From an uncultured cyanobacterium (lineage in GTDB: Bacteria; Cyanobacteriota; Cyanobacteriia; CAKZMO01), in the NCBI GenBank assembly GCA_963719515.1, contig CAVRCJ010000010.1, positions 32,001 to 96,000 on the forward strand: 64,000 nt of DNA, given 5' to 3'. Positions within the stretch are counted from its first letter, which is position 1, and every line of letters starts with the position of its first letter. The position numbers and the translations under genes were made by a program. Below the pieces are notes generated by a model that made no database searches, had not been told where the DNA came from, and saw nothing but the letters and a program-made list of their open reading frames with translations. Shown one piece after another: positions 40,031-49,392 of the stretch.

Positions 40031-40684
40031 TTAGCAATACTGGCTGACGTCCTCATCGCAGTCGTCCGCCAGGTAAGTCAGCGCCCGAAACCGCAGGCCC
40101 ACAAGCTGCTCATAGAGGGGATTGAGCTTGCACATGGGGGGAATGTGAACCAGCTTGTGGCCGAAGAGCTTGACGTCGCGCTCAAAGGGACACTGGGGCG
40201 GGATCATTTTGCACAGGAAACGGGCAACGCCGGGACTCTCGATATCGAGCTGGTCGAGCCACGCTCTTACGGGACGAAGCGGCTCAAGGCTGGACTGAAG
40301 ATCCGACGCTCCGCCCTCACTGGGAAGGGTAAGGCGCAGGTGATCAAGAACGTCGGTCGGCTGGTTCATCGCGTCGCAGAACTGCCGCAGAACGCGGTCT
40401 TCTGCTGGGGAGTAAACGCCATCGGCGATCGCGACCATGACGGCGGTGCGCATAAAATTTTCAACCCTCTCTTTGTCAGGGCCGATAATCTCGGCTAGGG
40501 CCTGAGGCTCGATGACCTCTAGGGTCTCAGGGTTGGCGCGTGGGGCAATTTCCGCTTGAGCTAGTGACAGGATGACATCTTGCTCTTCGTCATTAAATTG
40601 GCCATCGGCCCAGGCAACAGTTGAGAGGCCTCTAAGCCATGCAGAGGTTTGCTCACGGGTGTAAGCGTAGGTAATATTCGTCAT
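40031..40684 (-). CDS. TerB-like domain plus 'Mo-dependent nitrogenase C-terminal' domain protein
   Basis: AWADGQFNDEE and VAIADGVYSPAE TerB motifs; CKMIPPQCPFERD...PPMCKLNPLY. Confidence 0.88.
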   Translation of the reverse strand: MTNITYAYTREQTSAWLRGLSTVAWADGQFNDEEQDVILSLAQAEIAPRANPETLEVIEPQALAEIIGPDKERVENFMRTAVMVAIADGVYSPAEDRVLRQFCDAMNQPTDVLDHLRLTLPSEGGASDLQSSLEPLRPVRAWLDQLDIESPGVARFLCKMIPPQCPFERDVKLFGHKLVHIPPMCKLNPLYEQLVGLRFRALTYLADDCDEDVSQYC

Positions 40685-40965
40685 CAGACTGTATCCGTGT
40701 GGTGTACTGGCTGGATTGGTCTCAATCTAAGCGTGCGGATGAAGTGCTCGAAAATCACTTCTGCCAACGACTCTTGCGTATTTTGATTGCTCGCTACGAT
40801 TCTAGCGCTGGTTTTTTAGTTTGGCTGCCCTTGAGCCAAGCTGCGGCGACAGCTCGACCCAAAGACTAGCCTTTTCTAGCTTAGAGTTAGCCTACTCAAA
40901 AAACGTTTAGCGATAACCGTCCAGCGAGATCCTTAGCACGATCTACCCTTGGACTTAAACAGACC

Positions 40966-41370
40966 TTAGAAATCGTCTAGCTCTGCTGGGTCAATTTGTC
41001 GGCGCATCTCGGCAATGGTCTGCGCGGGAGCCGTCGCCACCATCGGCATGCCTCCGTTGTGGCTCAAGATGTTTTGCCTAGGGGGCGGGGTGATGAAAGC
41101 CGCCGAATCTCCAATGCCATAGCGCTGCTGAATTTGAAAGATACGAAACTGAAGCTCTTCCACTGCAGTCGCCGCTAAGTTTTGCAGCTGAGCGGGCTCG
41201 AGGTCATCTTCTAGCACCCAGGGCATGTAGAACGCTTTGAGCGCCCTCAAAGTTGCATCTCGGGGCGGCAAGATGGGGTCTTCTTTGAGATAGTTCACCA
41301 GCTTTCCATCCATGGAGCTAACCTCAGCATCGATGCGGATGCTGATGCGCTCGCGCTTTGGCTTACTCAT
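40966..41370 (-). CDS. Putative ParR-like ribbon-helix-helix adaptor
   Basis: Alternating beta-strand RISIRID then two helices; Pro-rich linker; acidic/aromatic tail ELDDF; ATGA overlap with ParM-like gene. Confidence 0.65.
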   Translation of the reverse strand: MSKPKRERISIRIDAEVSSMDGKLVNYLKEDPILPPRDATLRALKAFYMPWVLEDDLEPAQLQNLAATAVEELQFRIFQIQQRYGIGDSAAFITPPPRQNILSHNGGMPMVATAPAQTIAEMRRQIDPAELDDF

Positions 41371-42503
41371 GACAGCGCTCCCATAGAGCGAGATTGTGAT
41401 GTGGACAGGGTACCATTGGTCGCGTCGCTAAACTTGATTGCCAGCCATTTTGCGCCGCCGTAGCAGTCGGAGAAGCGAGCTTGGTCAGCAGGGGTCATCA
41501 CCCGCAGCACAGAGCAGACCTCACGGCCCATCTCTGCTAGCCAATTGACTTCAGCGCCTGGCATATCTGTCAGCATCTGATTGAGGTTGTCCCGCAGCAG
41601 CGTATGAGCCGTGCCCCCGCCAATCAGGATTTCGTAGTTAGGAATGTTGAGCGAGGCGAACTTATCGCTCAGGTGGTGGCGGACCTGCTCCCAATAGTAG
41701 GCTTCTGCTTTCTGACGCCGTTCCGTGAGGGGATACTGCTTGCCGGGCTGATCGGGAAACGCCACGGTGTCAGCGCCGCGAATGAGAGCATCGTAGAGAT
41801 AGGGGTTGTCGGGCTTGCACATGCCCTGGGAAATCGACTGTAGATATTCTAGATAGCCCAGACGCACCGTTCCGCTCGGCTCTCCTGTCGGGGGCTTTCC
41901 CTGCCGGAAAATAAGAAAAGTGAGGTCGCGGTGACCGACAATAACCACTACGTAGGAACTTTGCGGGGGCTGACCATGCTGCATGGCCTGCATTTTTCGC
42001 CACTGCACCAGCCCAGCGCCCTCAGGCAGAATTTTAACGGCCTGAGGCTCAATCGTAATTTCTTTGCCTCGGTACAGAAAAGACGACGTTGAGCTGAGCT
42101 GCTGGCTAACTTCATGCTGATCGCTGAGGTACTCGTCAAACGGGAGGGCAACGCCGATGTCGATGGGCAGCCGGTCAACTTTGAAGCGCTCTGCCAGCTC
42201 GCCAATAGCCCCTAAAATTCGCAGCTTGGCTAGCGTGCTTTTCCGCAGCATCTCCGTGCTCTTGTTGGAGCGGCCTTCAGCGTCATCTGCCAGGGCATAG
42301 CCCTTGCCGTCTACCTGGAGGTAGGCTCCTGAACCAATACCGCCACCAAACTGATCGCCTTGATCGGTCAGTATCTGTAATTCGGAGGGAGGGAGATCGG
42401 CGACTTTGGGCGGACAGAGATAGCTGTAGAAGCTGATGCTATCGCTGAAAGACGCCTTTGTCGCACTCATGCCCAGGTCAACAAAGATTTGAAACTTAGC
42501 CAT
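41367..42503 (-). CDS. ParM/StbA-family actin-like ATPase
   Basis: Actin-fold motifs VDLGMSATK (phosphate 1), ILPEGAG, VIVGHRD (phosphate 2), LIGGGTA (adenosine), RFSDCYG. Confidence 0.88.
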   Translation of the reverse strand: MAKFQIFVDLGMSATKASFSDSISFYSYLCPPKVADLPPSELQILTDQGDQFGGGIGSGAYLQVDGKGYALADDAEGRSNKSTEMLRKSTLAKLRILGAIGELAERFKVDRLPIDIGVALPFDEYLSDQHEVSQQLSSTSSFLYRGKEITIEPQAVKILPEGAGLVQWRKMQAMQHGQPPQSSYVVVIVGHRDLTFLIFRQGKPPTGEPSGTVRLGYLEYLQSISQGMCKPDNPYLYDALIRGADTVAFPDQPGKQYPLTERRQKAEAYYWEQVRHHLSDKFASLNIPNYEILIGGGTAHTLLRDNLNQMLTDMPGAEVNWLAEMGREVCSVLRVMTPADQARFSDCYGGAKWLAIKFSDATNGTLSTSQSRSMGALS

Positions 42504-42678
42504 GGTTCTGCTGTACTGCGAGGGAAGCTAGGAGCATTATGGCGCATTATGGCGTTTAGTAACTGTATAACAGGGGGATGATCTGACTTATTACAGATGA
42601 CTTGATAAACCTGTCCTGATTTAGAGTTTATCTGGCGGAATTCTGGTTTTTGGGCTGTCTAGATAAGTGGATGCCTTC

Positions 42679-42860
42679 TTAGAGGGCGTTTGAAAAGTAG
42701 CCAACGCTCTGCATTGCCCCCTCTAACTCCCCTGCGTCCTCCGGACATGCTCCGCGAATACAAAGGGGGAGAATCAGGATTTCCCCCTTTGGCAAGAGGG
42801 AATTAAGGGGGGGGGGAAGCAGTGGCGTAACGCTTTGATCAACGCTTTTCAAACATCTTA
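42679..42860. mobile_element. MITE-like non-autonomous element with internal C/G-run palindromes
   Basis: Ends GAGGGCGTTTGAAAAG and CTTTTCAAACATC (10-bp perfect inverted core), TTA on both flanks, no ORF. Confidence 0.6.
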
Positions 42861-42953
42861 GGACTCGGAAACTTTAAGGCCCTTTGAGACCCAAGCTTGA
42901 GACCAATGGACCCTCTACCTGCGATCGCTCTCACCCTTTAGGATATTTCCCTG

Positions 42954-43901
42954 ATGACTCAACTTGCCTCTTCCGCTACCGCTTCGCCCCGCGTGGTCTC
43001 ACTAATTCCTAGCGCCACAGAAATTATTGCAGCGTTGGGACTTTCAGAGCAGCTCGTGGGCCGCTCTCATGAGTGCGACTATCCCCCAACCCTGAGCGAT
43101 CGCGCCGTCTGCACCGCGCCCAAGTTTAACCCTGAAGGCACAAGCCGCGACATTCACGAGCGGGTAAGCGATTTACTGCAGCAGGCCCTAGCGGTGTATC
43201 GCATCAAAACAGAGGTGCTCAAGACGCTGCAGCCCACCCACATCATCACCCAGGCTCAGTGCGATGTGTGCGCCGTTAACCTCAGCGATGTAGAGCAGGT
43301 GGTGGCCGATGTGACGGGGCTTGGAACTCAGATTATCTCGCTCCAGCCCATGACTATTGAGCAGGTGTGGAGCGACATTGACCGCGTCGCCGCCGCCCTA
43401 GCGGTCGACGCCGCGCCGCTGCTCGCCCAGATCCGCAATCGCGTCGCTGCCTGCCAGGAGCGGGTGGCTAATAGCGATCGCCCTACGGTCGCTTGCATTG
43501 AGTGGACGGACCCGGTCATGGTGGCAGGACACTGGATGCCGGAGCTGGTGTCTCTTGCCGGGGGGCGCTCGCTATTCGGCAAGTCGGGGGAGCCGTCTCG
43601 AATTTTAGAGTGGGACGATCTGGTGGCCGCTGACCCCAATGTCATTGTGGTGGTTCCCTGTGGGTATAGCCTCGACCAAACCCGCGACGACATGCAGGGC
43701 ACGCTGGCAAAACATCCCCAATGGTCACAATTGACGGCGGTGCAGTCGGGCCGAGTTGTTTTGGCCGACGGCAACTACTACTTCAACCGCCCCGGGCCCC
43801 GGATCATAGACTCGCTGGAGATTATGGCGGAGATGCTGCACCCAGAGGTGGTGGGGACCTCGCAGCGCCACCACGGTTGGGATTACTACACCGCTGACTA
43901 G
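42954..43901 (+). CDS. Cobalamin/Fe-siderophore type substrate-binding protein (BtuF-like), no signal peptide
   Basis: RVVSLIPSATEI, VGRSHECDYP, TQAQCDVCAV, YFNRPGPR. Confidence 0.88.
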   Translation: MTQLASSATASPRVVSLIPSATEIIAALGLSEQLVGRSHECDYPPTLSDRAVCTAPKFNPEGTSRDIHERVSDLLQQALAVYRIKTEVLKTLQPTHIITQAQCDVCAVNLSDVEQVVADVTGLGTQIISLQPMTIEQVWSDIDRVAAALAVDAAPLLAQIRNRVAACQERVANSDRPTVACIEWTDPVMVAGHWMPELVSLAGGRSLFGKSGEPSRILEWDDLVAADPNVIVVVPCGYSLDQTRDDMQGTLAKHPQWSQLTAVQSGRVVLADGNYYFNRPGPRIIDSLEIMAEMLHPEVVGTSQRHHGWDYYTAD

Positions 43902-44218
43902 AGGCTCAGCGCGGCCTGCCAGCTGAAGAAGACCGCCATCCCCACCACAATCGTCAGCAGCAGATTTCGCGTTACGCCGCCTACAATCCCCGCAGCGATC
44001 GCCCCCACCAGCCGGGGATTTAGATAGCTCAGGTTCAGCGCCCCGTCTTGAAGCATCACCTCCGGCACGACGATAGCGGTCAGCACCACTGGGGGCACAT
44101 AGCGCAGGGCGCTCAGCACGGCGGGGGAGAGGGCAATGCGGCTGCTGGCCCCAAACATTACGTAGCGAATGGCAAAGGTGGCGATCGCCATGCCGCCAAT
44201 CATCAGAAATTCAGTCAC
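43898..44218 (-). CDS. azlD: AzlD-family membrane protein
   Basis: [30 protein letters not shown]; overlaps azlC. Confidence 0.88.
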   Translation of the reverse strand: MTEFLMIGGMAIATFAIRYVMFGASSRIALSPAVLSALRYVPPVVLTAIVVPEVMLQDGALNLSYLNPRLVGAIAAGIVGGVTRNLLLTIVVGMAVFFSWQAALSL

Positions 44219-44978
44219 GGGGGTTGCCTCCGGTGGGATAAGACTTTTGGGCCAGCGCTCGCTCGCTGCAGACCCCAGCCAAGATGCCGGCGATCGCTGC
44301 CACCATTAGCCCAAGCTTGTGGGGCAGCGGGCCGGCCATCAGGGCGACCAAGCCCGAAACCGCTACGGCTATACCCATAGGCCGGGTTTTGAGGTAGGGA
44401 ATTACCATGCCGATAAAGGTCACCGACATGGCGAAGTCAAGTCCCCAAGCGGTGGCGTTGGGAATCATCTGCCCCACGGTGACCCCAAGCAGCGTGCAGA
44501 GCTGCCAGTTGGCGTACATCACCAGCGCCGCCCCCAGGTAGTACCACTGCTTAAACGGGGATTCATCGTCAGCTTCATAGCGGCGGATAGCAACGGCGAA
44601 CGCTTCGTCGGTGAGCCAAAAGGCGAGAACCGCTTTCCACCGCTGGCTGAGCGGCTTCACGTAGGGCACCAAACTCACGGCATAGAGCAGGTGCCGCAGG
44701 TTGACCACAAACGCCGTCACCACAATCAGCAGCCCGCCCGTGCCGGCAGCCATCATGCCCACGGCGATGAACTGAGACGACCCGGCAAAGACGATCGCCG
44801 ATAGGGCCAGCGTGCCGCCAGCGGAGAAGCCGCTGCTTGGGGCTAGGGTGCCAAAGATGATTCCGAAGGGAACCGCACCCACAACAAGCGGAATGATGTC
44901 CCGCGCTCCGGCCCAAAACTCAGCGCGGGGAGAGGCGTGCTGCGATCGCCTTGAAGTTAGAGGTAAGTCAGTCGGCAT
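44211..44978 (-). CDS. azlC: AzlC-family branched-chain amino acid exporter
   Basis: [28 protein letters not shown]. Confidence 0.92.
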   Translation of the reverse strand: MPTDLPLTSRRSQHASPRAEFWAGARDIIPLVVGAVPFGIIFGTLAPSSGFSAGGTLALSAIVFAGSSQFIAVGMMAAGTGGLLIVVTAFVVNLRHLLYAVSLVPYVKPLSQRWKAVLAFWLTDEAFAVAIRRYEADDESPFKQWYYLGAALVMYANWQLCTLLGVTVGQMIPNATAWGLDFAMSVTFIGMVIPYLKTRPMGIAVAVSGLVALMAGPLPHKLGLMVAAIAGILAGVCSERALAQKSYPTGGNPRD

Positions 44979-45031
44979 AGCCTTAGTAGAGATCTACAGC
45001 CCTTAGACTATCGGGATCATTCTGCGCAGTC

Positions 45032-45344
45032 TTGTACGTTTTTAATCGCAGTGGGCGAGGTCGCAGTGTACTTGGACGAACAGCGGGAGGAAACCCACCG
45101 GATTCAGGTCCTGGGTGCGGGCAATGTGGTCGGGGCGGTAGACTTTTTCCGCCAGTCGACCCACCAGACGACAGCCATTGTCGAAGCGCCCAGCACCCTC
45201 TACCGACTGTCTAAAGAAAGCTTCCAGCGCATGGAGCAAGAGCACCCCGAGGTCGCTACCGCATTTCAAGCGGTAGTAATTCGGATTTTGGGCGATCGCC
45301 TCACCTATGCCTACAAAGAACTTGCCGATTTGCTGCGATCGTAA
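45032..45344 (+). pseudogene. Orphan cyclic-nucleotide-binding domain fragment
   Basis: GEVAVYL...GAGNVVGAVDFF...TTAIVEAPSTLYRLSKESFQRMEQEHPE resembles the cNMP tail of SulP-STAS-cNMP proteins; N-terminal part missing or out of frame. Confidence 0.6.
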
Positions 45345-45495
45345 TGGGGAAAAGGCCCGGTACTGCTGCACAGCGATGAACTGCTCTAGGCAGGCCACGG
45401 CCATTTTTGACGGCTTGTTTGAAGCACTTGGAACGGCTCGGCTACGGAGCGCTGCCTCTCTACCCGCTTGCCAAGCCCTGAGCACCTCCAGGACT

Positions 45496-46362
45496 CTATC
45501 CAGTTTTGCAGCCCCGCGCATACTGCCCGGGTGTCACCCCCAGCATCTTTTTGAAATGGCGATGCAGATGACTTTGGTCTGTAAACCCGATCTCTAGGGC
45601 GGCATCGCTCAGAGACCAGCCTGCCGCAATCAGTCGTTTAGCCTGGTGGACCCGGACATGGTTTAGGTAGGCATGGGGCGGTAGTCCAACCTGCTTGCGA
45701 AAGCTCTGCAGTAGCCGCATTGGACTCAAGTTAACGAGTTCAGCCAACTCGGACAGAGGCGTATTTACGCTGTAGTGAGCCATCAAGTACTCCCGAATGT
45801 CCTCGACGGCGCGGCACTCTTTGCCGGGTGGAGTTCTGGGCCTATGGTCCGTGGAGTAGCGCTCCACAAGCTGAGCCATATCCCACAGGAACTGAGACTC
45901 ACGCTCTAGGGGTGAGGAGGAGGTCTCGAGCGTGCGGTGAAGCTTCACAAGCTGCTGGTTGAGTCGGCAATCTCGAATGACTGGCGAGGGAAAATGGGGC
46001 ACGCCACAGGGACGTCCCGCCAATTCTGTTGCGGCATTTTGCAGCCAATCTACGGCAGGCAGCAGGGTGCGATAGGTCCACCCCGTTTCTAAGGCGGCAT
46101 AGCCTGTATGCATTTCACCGGGGCCGGTGATGACGACAGTGCCCGCCGGAGCAACATGGGTGCTCCCCCGATAATCGAACGCCATGGCCCCCGATTCCAC
46201 GATGGCAATTCCAAATCCCTCGTGGGCGTGCCGAGAGAATGCGTAGGTGACATAAGTAGCCCGCAGCATCTCCAGGTTGTGCAGGGCCGAATCTCGCCAA
46301 AACTTAACCTGCTCTTTTTTGATCTGTTCTTTTCTAGTCTGCGCTTTGGAAGTGGCTGACAT
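45496..46362 (-). CDS. AraC family transcriptional regulator
   Basis: FSRHAHE, PGEMHTG cupin; FRKQVGLPPHAY, GFTDQSHLHRHFK, GVTPGQY. Start taken at ATG 46362 (uncertain). Confidence 0.93.
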   Translation of the reverse strand: MSATSKAQTRKEQIKKEQVKFWRDSALHNLEMLRATYVTYAFSRHAHEGFGIAIVESGAMAFDYRGSTHVAPAGTVVITGPGEMHTGYAALETGWTYRTLLPAVDWLQNAATELAGRPCGVPHFPSPVIRDCRLNQQLVKLHRTLETSSSPLERESQFLWDMAQLVERYSTDHRPRTPPGKECRAVEDIREYLMAHYSVNTPLSELAELVNLSPMRLLQSFRKQVGLPPHAYLNHVRVHQAKRLIAAGWSLSDAALEIGFTDQSHLHRHFKKMLGVTPGQYARGCKTG

Positions 46363-46874
46363 AGTGACTGTTGACCGAGCTATCTCATTATCAAAGATTG
46401 TCGCAGTACTCCGCCCCTTTAGTGCGGCGGTCGATGGGTTTAGCGTAGATCCCAGGACATGCGCAGCAGCGGCACATGGAGCTAACTGCATCTTTGCCTG
46501 TCGCCCCTCAAACTTTTTCTCTGCAATATCGCCTAATAAAATTTGCCCAACAAAAAATTTGACGCAATCTCACACTTTACGCCCACCTTTCTAGGCTCAC
46601 GTCTCAACGCTGGATAGGTTCGTGAACACTTCATGCTAAGACCTCCGGACTGACCCGCTGTAAGCGGGAAGGATGGAGCAGTTTGAGTTACGGGTGGACC
46701 TGCTGAGTACTGCAGCGGCAATTGTTTAGTGATTAATTCCTATTCTCTAGGCGCTGCCTTACCTAGGTCAAGTTCTACCGCAGCTACAGTTATTTGAGGT
46801 TGAAGTTTGTAATGGGTCAACCCATGCATCGTGCGGAAAGAAGCACCGGCAGCTTGGGCCGTAAGGTGATTTCA

Positions 46875-48212
46875 ATGCTGAAAAAGCTATTTCAGCGACC
46901 GACAACGACATTGACAGCATTAGCCCAGCGCCGGTTGTTGATTACAACTCAGTTTTTCCCACCAGATTTTGCGGCTACTGGTCAGTTAATTGATGAATTG
47001 GCGCAACAGCTCAGCCGCCAAGGACATGGCGTTACGATTTTTACGGGACAGCCAAGCTACGCCTTTGAGGTGGAATCGGCGCCGAGCTACGAACATAAAG
47101 CTGGGGTTGTTGTGAAGCGATCGCGGGTTTCTCGGCTATGGTCGTCCCGAATTCGCGGCAAGATGGTGAGCGGTCTGCTATTTTGCGTGCGAGTCGTCCT
47201 TCATCTAGTGAGGCGAGCCGCGACCTACGACGTGGTGCTGCTCACCACAGCGCCCCCCTTTCTGCCTATTTTGGGCTACCTAGTCTGCCGACTCCTAAAG
47301 CGCCCCTACGTTTGCCTGATCTACGATCTCTACCCAGATATCGCGATCAAGCTTGGGGTAACCAGTGAAGTTCACTGGGTGAGCCGACTGTGGATTTGGG
47401 CCAACCGACAAACCTGGCGGCATGCCCAGGGCATCGTTGTGCTCAGTGCCTCTATGAAAGCGCGAGTGGAGACCTTAGCGCCAGAGGTCAGTGGCAAGCT
47501 CTCCATCATTCACAGCTGGGCTAGCCCCACTCAAATCACCCCTATGGCCAAGGAAGCCAACTGGTTTTCCCACCAGCACCACACCGTAGAGCGCTTCACG
47601 GTGATCTACTCCGGCAACATGGGGCGCTGCCACGACGTCGATACGGTGCTCGATGCCGCCGAGCGGTTGAGGTCTTATCCGATCCAATTTGTATTTATCG
47701 GCGGGGGCGCTAAGCAGCCCTACCTAAAGGCTAGCGCCGACGAGAGGCAGCTCAGCAATTGCCTATTTTTGCCCTATCAAGATAAAGCCGTCTTGCCCTA
47801 CTCGCTGACGGCAGGTGACCTTTCTTTGGTTACCGTTAGCGACGGTATGGAAGAGCTGGTTGCGCCTAGCAAACTGTACTCGGCGCTGGCTGCAGGCCGC
47901 CCTATCGCTATGGTTTGTGCCGCGTCTTCTTACTTAAATCATATGGTTGCCCACGGTCGATTCGGAGCGTCGTTCGAGAATGGGGACAGCTTTGGACTGT
48001 CGGAATTTATCTTATATTTGAGCCGCCATCAGCAGGTCGTAGACGCTATGGGCCATCGAGGGCGGTGCTACCTCGAGCGGTATTTCACGCCCGACTTGAT
48101 TGCGCTGCAGTACAGCCAAGTTCTGTTTGAGCAGGCGGTCATCTCTAGTCTGGTGGATCGCGCCCAGCCGCTGACGGCACCGCTATTTCTGCCAGCTCAA
48201 AAAATTGCGTAA
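46875..48212 (+). CDS. GT4 glycosyltransferase (WcaI/WbuB-like)
   Basis: TQFFPPD, YDLYPD, YSGNMGRCHD, APSKLYSALAAGRP. Start taken at ATG 46875 (AAGGTGA upstream). Confidence 0.9.
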   Translation: MLKKLFQRPTTTLTALAQRRLLITTQFFPPDFAATGQLIDELAQQLSRQGHGVTIFTGQPSYAFEVESAPSYEHKAGVVVKRSRVSRLWSSRIRGKMVSGLLFCVRVVLHLVRRAATYDVVLLTTAPPFLPILGYLVCRLLKRPYVCLIYDLYPDIAIKLGVTSEVHWVSRLWIWANRQTWRHAQGIVVLSASMKARVETLAPEVSGKLSIIHSWASPTQITPMAKEANWFSHQHHTVERFTVIYSGNMGRCHDVDTVLDAAERLRSYPIQFVFIGGGAKQPYLKASADERQLSNCLFLPYQDKAVLPYSLTAGDLSLVTVSDGMEELVAPSKLYSALAAGRPIAMVCAASSYLNHMVAHGRFGASFENGDSFGLSEFILYLSRHQQVVDAMGHRGRCYLERYFTPDLIALQYSQVLFEQAVISSLVDRAQPLTAPLFLPAQKIA

Positions 48213-48294
48213 GCCGGGCCTCTGGCTCGCCATCAGGGGCAGCACCGTGACCTGATTTGCAGCACTCAGTAACACTGCTTAAACCAATTTATTT

Positions 48295-49392
48295 ATGACA
48301 TATCTCTCTGCCCTCGATCTATCAAGATCGACCACAGGTTGGGGACTTTGCTTGACTCCGATCGGCGCTGGCGGCCTCGCCCTGTGTCTCACCCCCTGGG
48401 TGAGAGCAGCTGCGCAGCTGCTCGGCTACCTAGATGCCCCTGACGCCCGAAAAGTTCACTCCCAGCCTGTAGTCCGCCTGGGGGGAGTCGCCATCAGCGT
48501 GGCCACCTTGGTCAGCGTGGCGATCGCCCTGCTGCTCTTGCCCATAGAGACGGCGAGACCGCTGCTTGGCGTCTTGGGCGGCAGTCTAGGATTTTTTCTG
48601 ATTGGGCTCGCAGACGACTTGATTGGCCTATCGCCCTATTCGCGTTTGGTTCTACAGGGCCTAGTGGCGGCGGGAAGCTGGAGCCTAGGGGTGCGCATTG
48701 ACGTAATTTCTCTGTTGGGGCCTGGCGCCATTAGCCTCGGCCTACTTAGCCTGCCCATCAGCGTCGTTTGGATGACCGGCGTGGTCAATGCGATCAACTG
48801 GATCGATGGCCTCGACGGTCTCGCAGCGGGTATCTCCACCATCGCGGCCCTAGTCCTATTTGTCCTCTGTCTACCGTTTGGCGCGCTGGGAGAAGAGGTG
48901 ATTTTCCTAGCTCTCATCGGTAGCTTGATGGGCTTCCTCCGCTACAACTTCAACCCTGCTCAAATTTTCATGGGGGATGGGGGCTCTTACTTCATTGGCT
49001 TCTTGCTCAGCAGCATGAGCGTCACGGCCCTGACCGCTCAAAGTTCAGACCATCCTTCGGCTTTGGCGATCGCTCTACCTCTGTTGGTTTTGGGCGTTCC
49101 GCTGGGGGACATGGTCTTTGTGATTGCAGCCCGGCTGTGGCGCGGCCAGTCTCCCTTTGAGGCGGACCGAGGTCACGTTCACCACCGGCTCATGGCCGCT
49201 GGGTTGACCCACCGCCAGACGGTGCTATTCCTCTACGGCGCTACCCTGTGGCTGGGGGGGCTGGCGCTGACTGGGATTAACGTCTGGGGCGGCGTGATGG
49301 GAATGGCGATTGGGCTAGGGGCCATGGGAGGACAGCTCTGGCACTCTCGGCACGCCGTTCTGTGGCGGGACGACCTCAGCGCTAGCCGCTAA
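48295..49392 (+). CDS. MraY/WecA-family polyprenyl-phosphate sugar-1-phosphate transferase
   Basis: RKVH, GLADD, NAINWIDGLDGLA, FMGDGGS, DRGHVHHRL. Confidence 0.92.
   Translation: MTYLSALDLSRSTTGWGLCLTPIGAGGLALCLTPWVRAAAQLLGYLDAPDARKVHSQPVVRLGGVAISVATLVSVAIALLLLPIETARPLLGVLGGSLGFFLIGLADDLIGLSPYSRLVLQGLVAAGSWSLGVRIDVISLLGPGAISLGLLSLPISVVWMTGVVNAINWIDGLDGLAAGISTIAALVLFVLCLPFGALGEEVIFLALIGSLMGFLRYNFNPAQIFMGDGGSYFIGFLLSSMSVTALTAQSSDHPSALAIALPLLVLGVPLGDMVFVIAARLWRGQSPFEADRGHVHHRLMAAGLTHRQTVLFLYGATLWLGGLALTGINVWGGVMGMAIGLGAMGGQLWHSRHAVLWRDDLSASR

Noticed and set aside
40031..40684. Evidence for nitrogen fixation from the 'Mo-dependent nitrogenase' domain name
   Set aside because: No nif genes are present, and the domain name does not indicate nitrogenase activity.
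40966..42503. Absence of HIP1 in the ParM pair as proof of recent horizontal transfer
   Set aside because: Native genes of similar size here, such as ocp, also lack HIP1, so the signal is too weak.
42860..42953. Cobalamin riboswitch upstream of the BtuF-like gene (also checked before cobB)
   Set aside because: No B12-box or conserved core found by eye.
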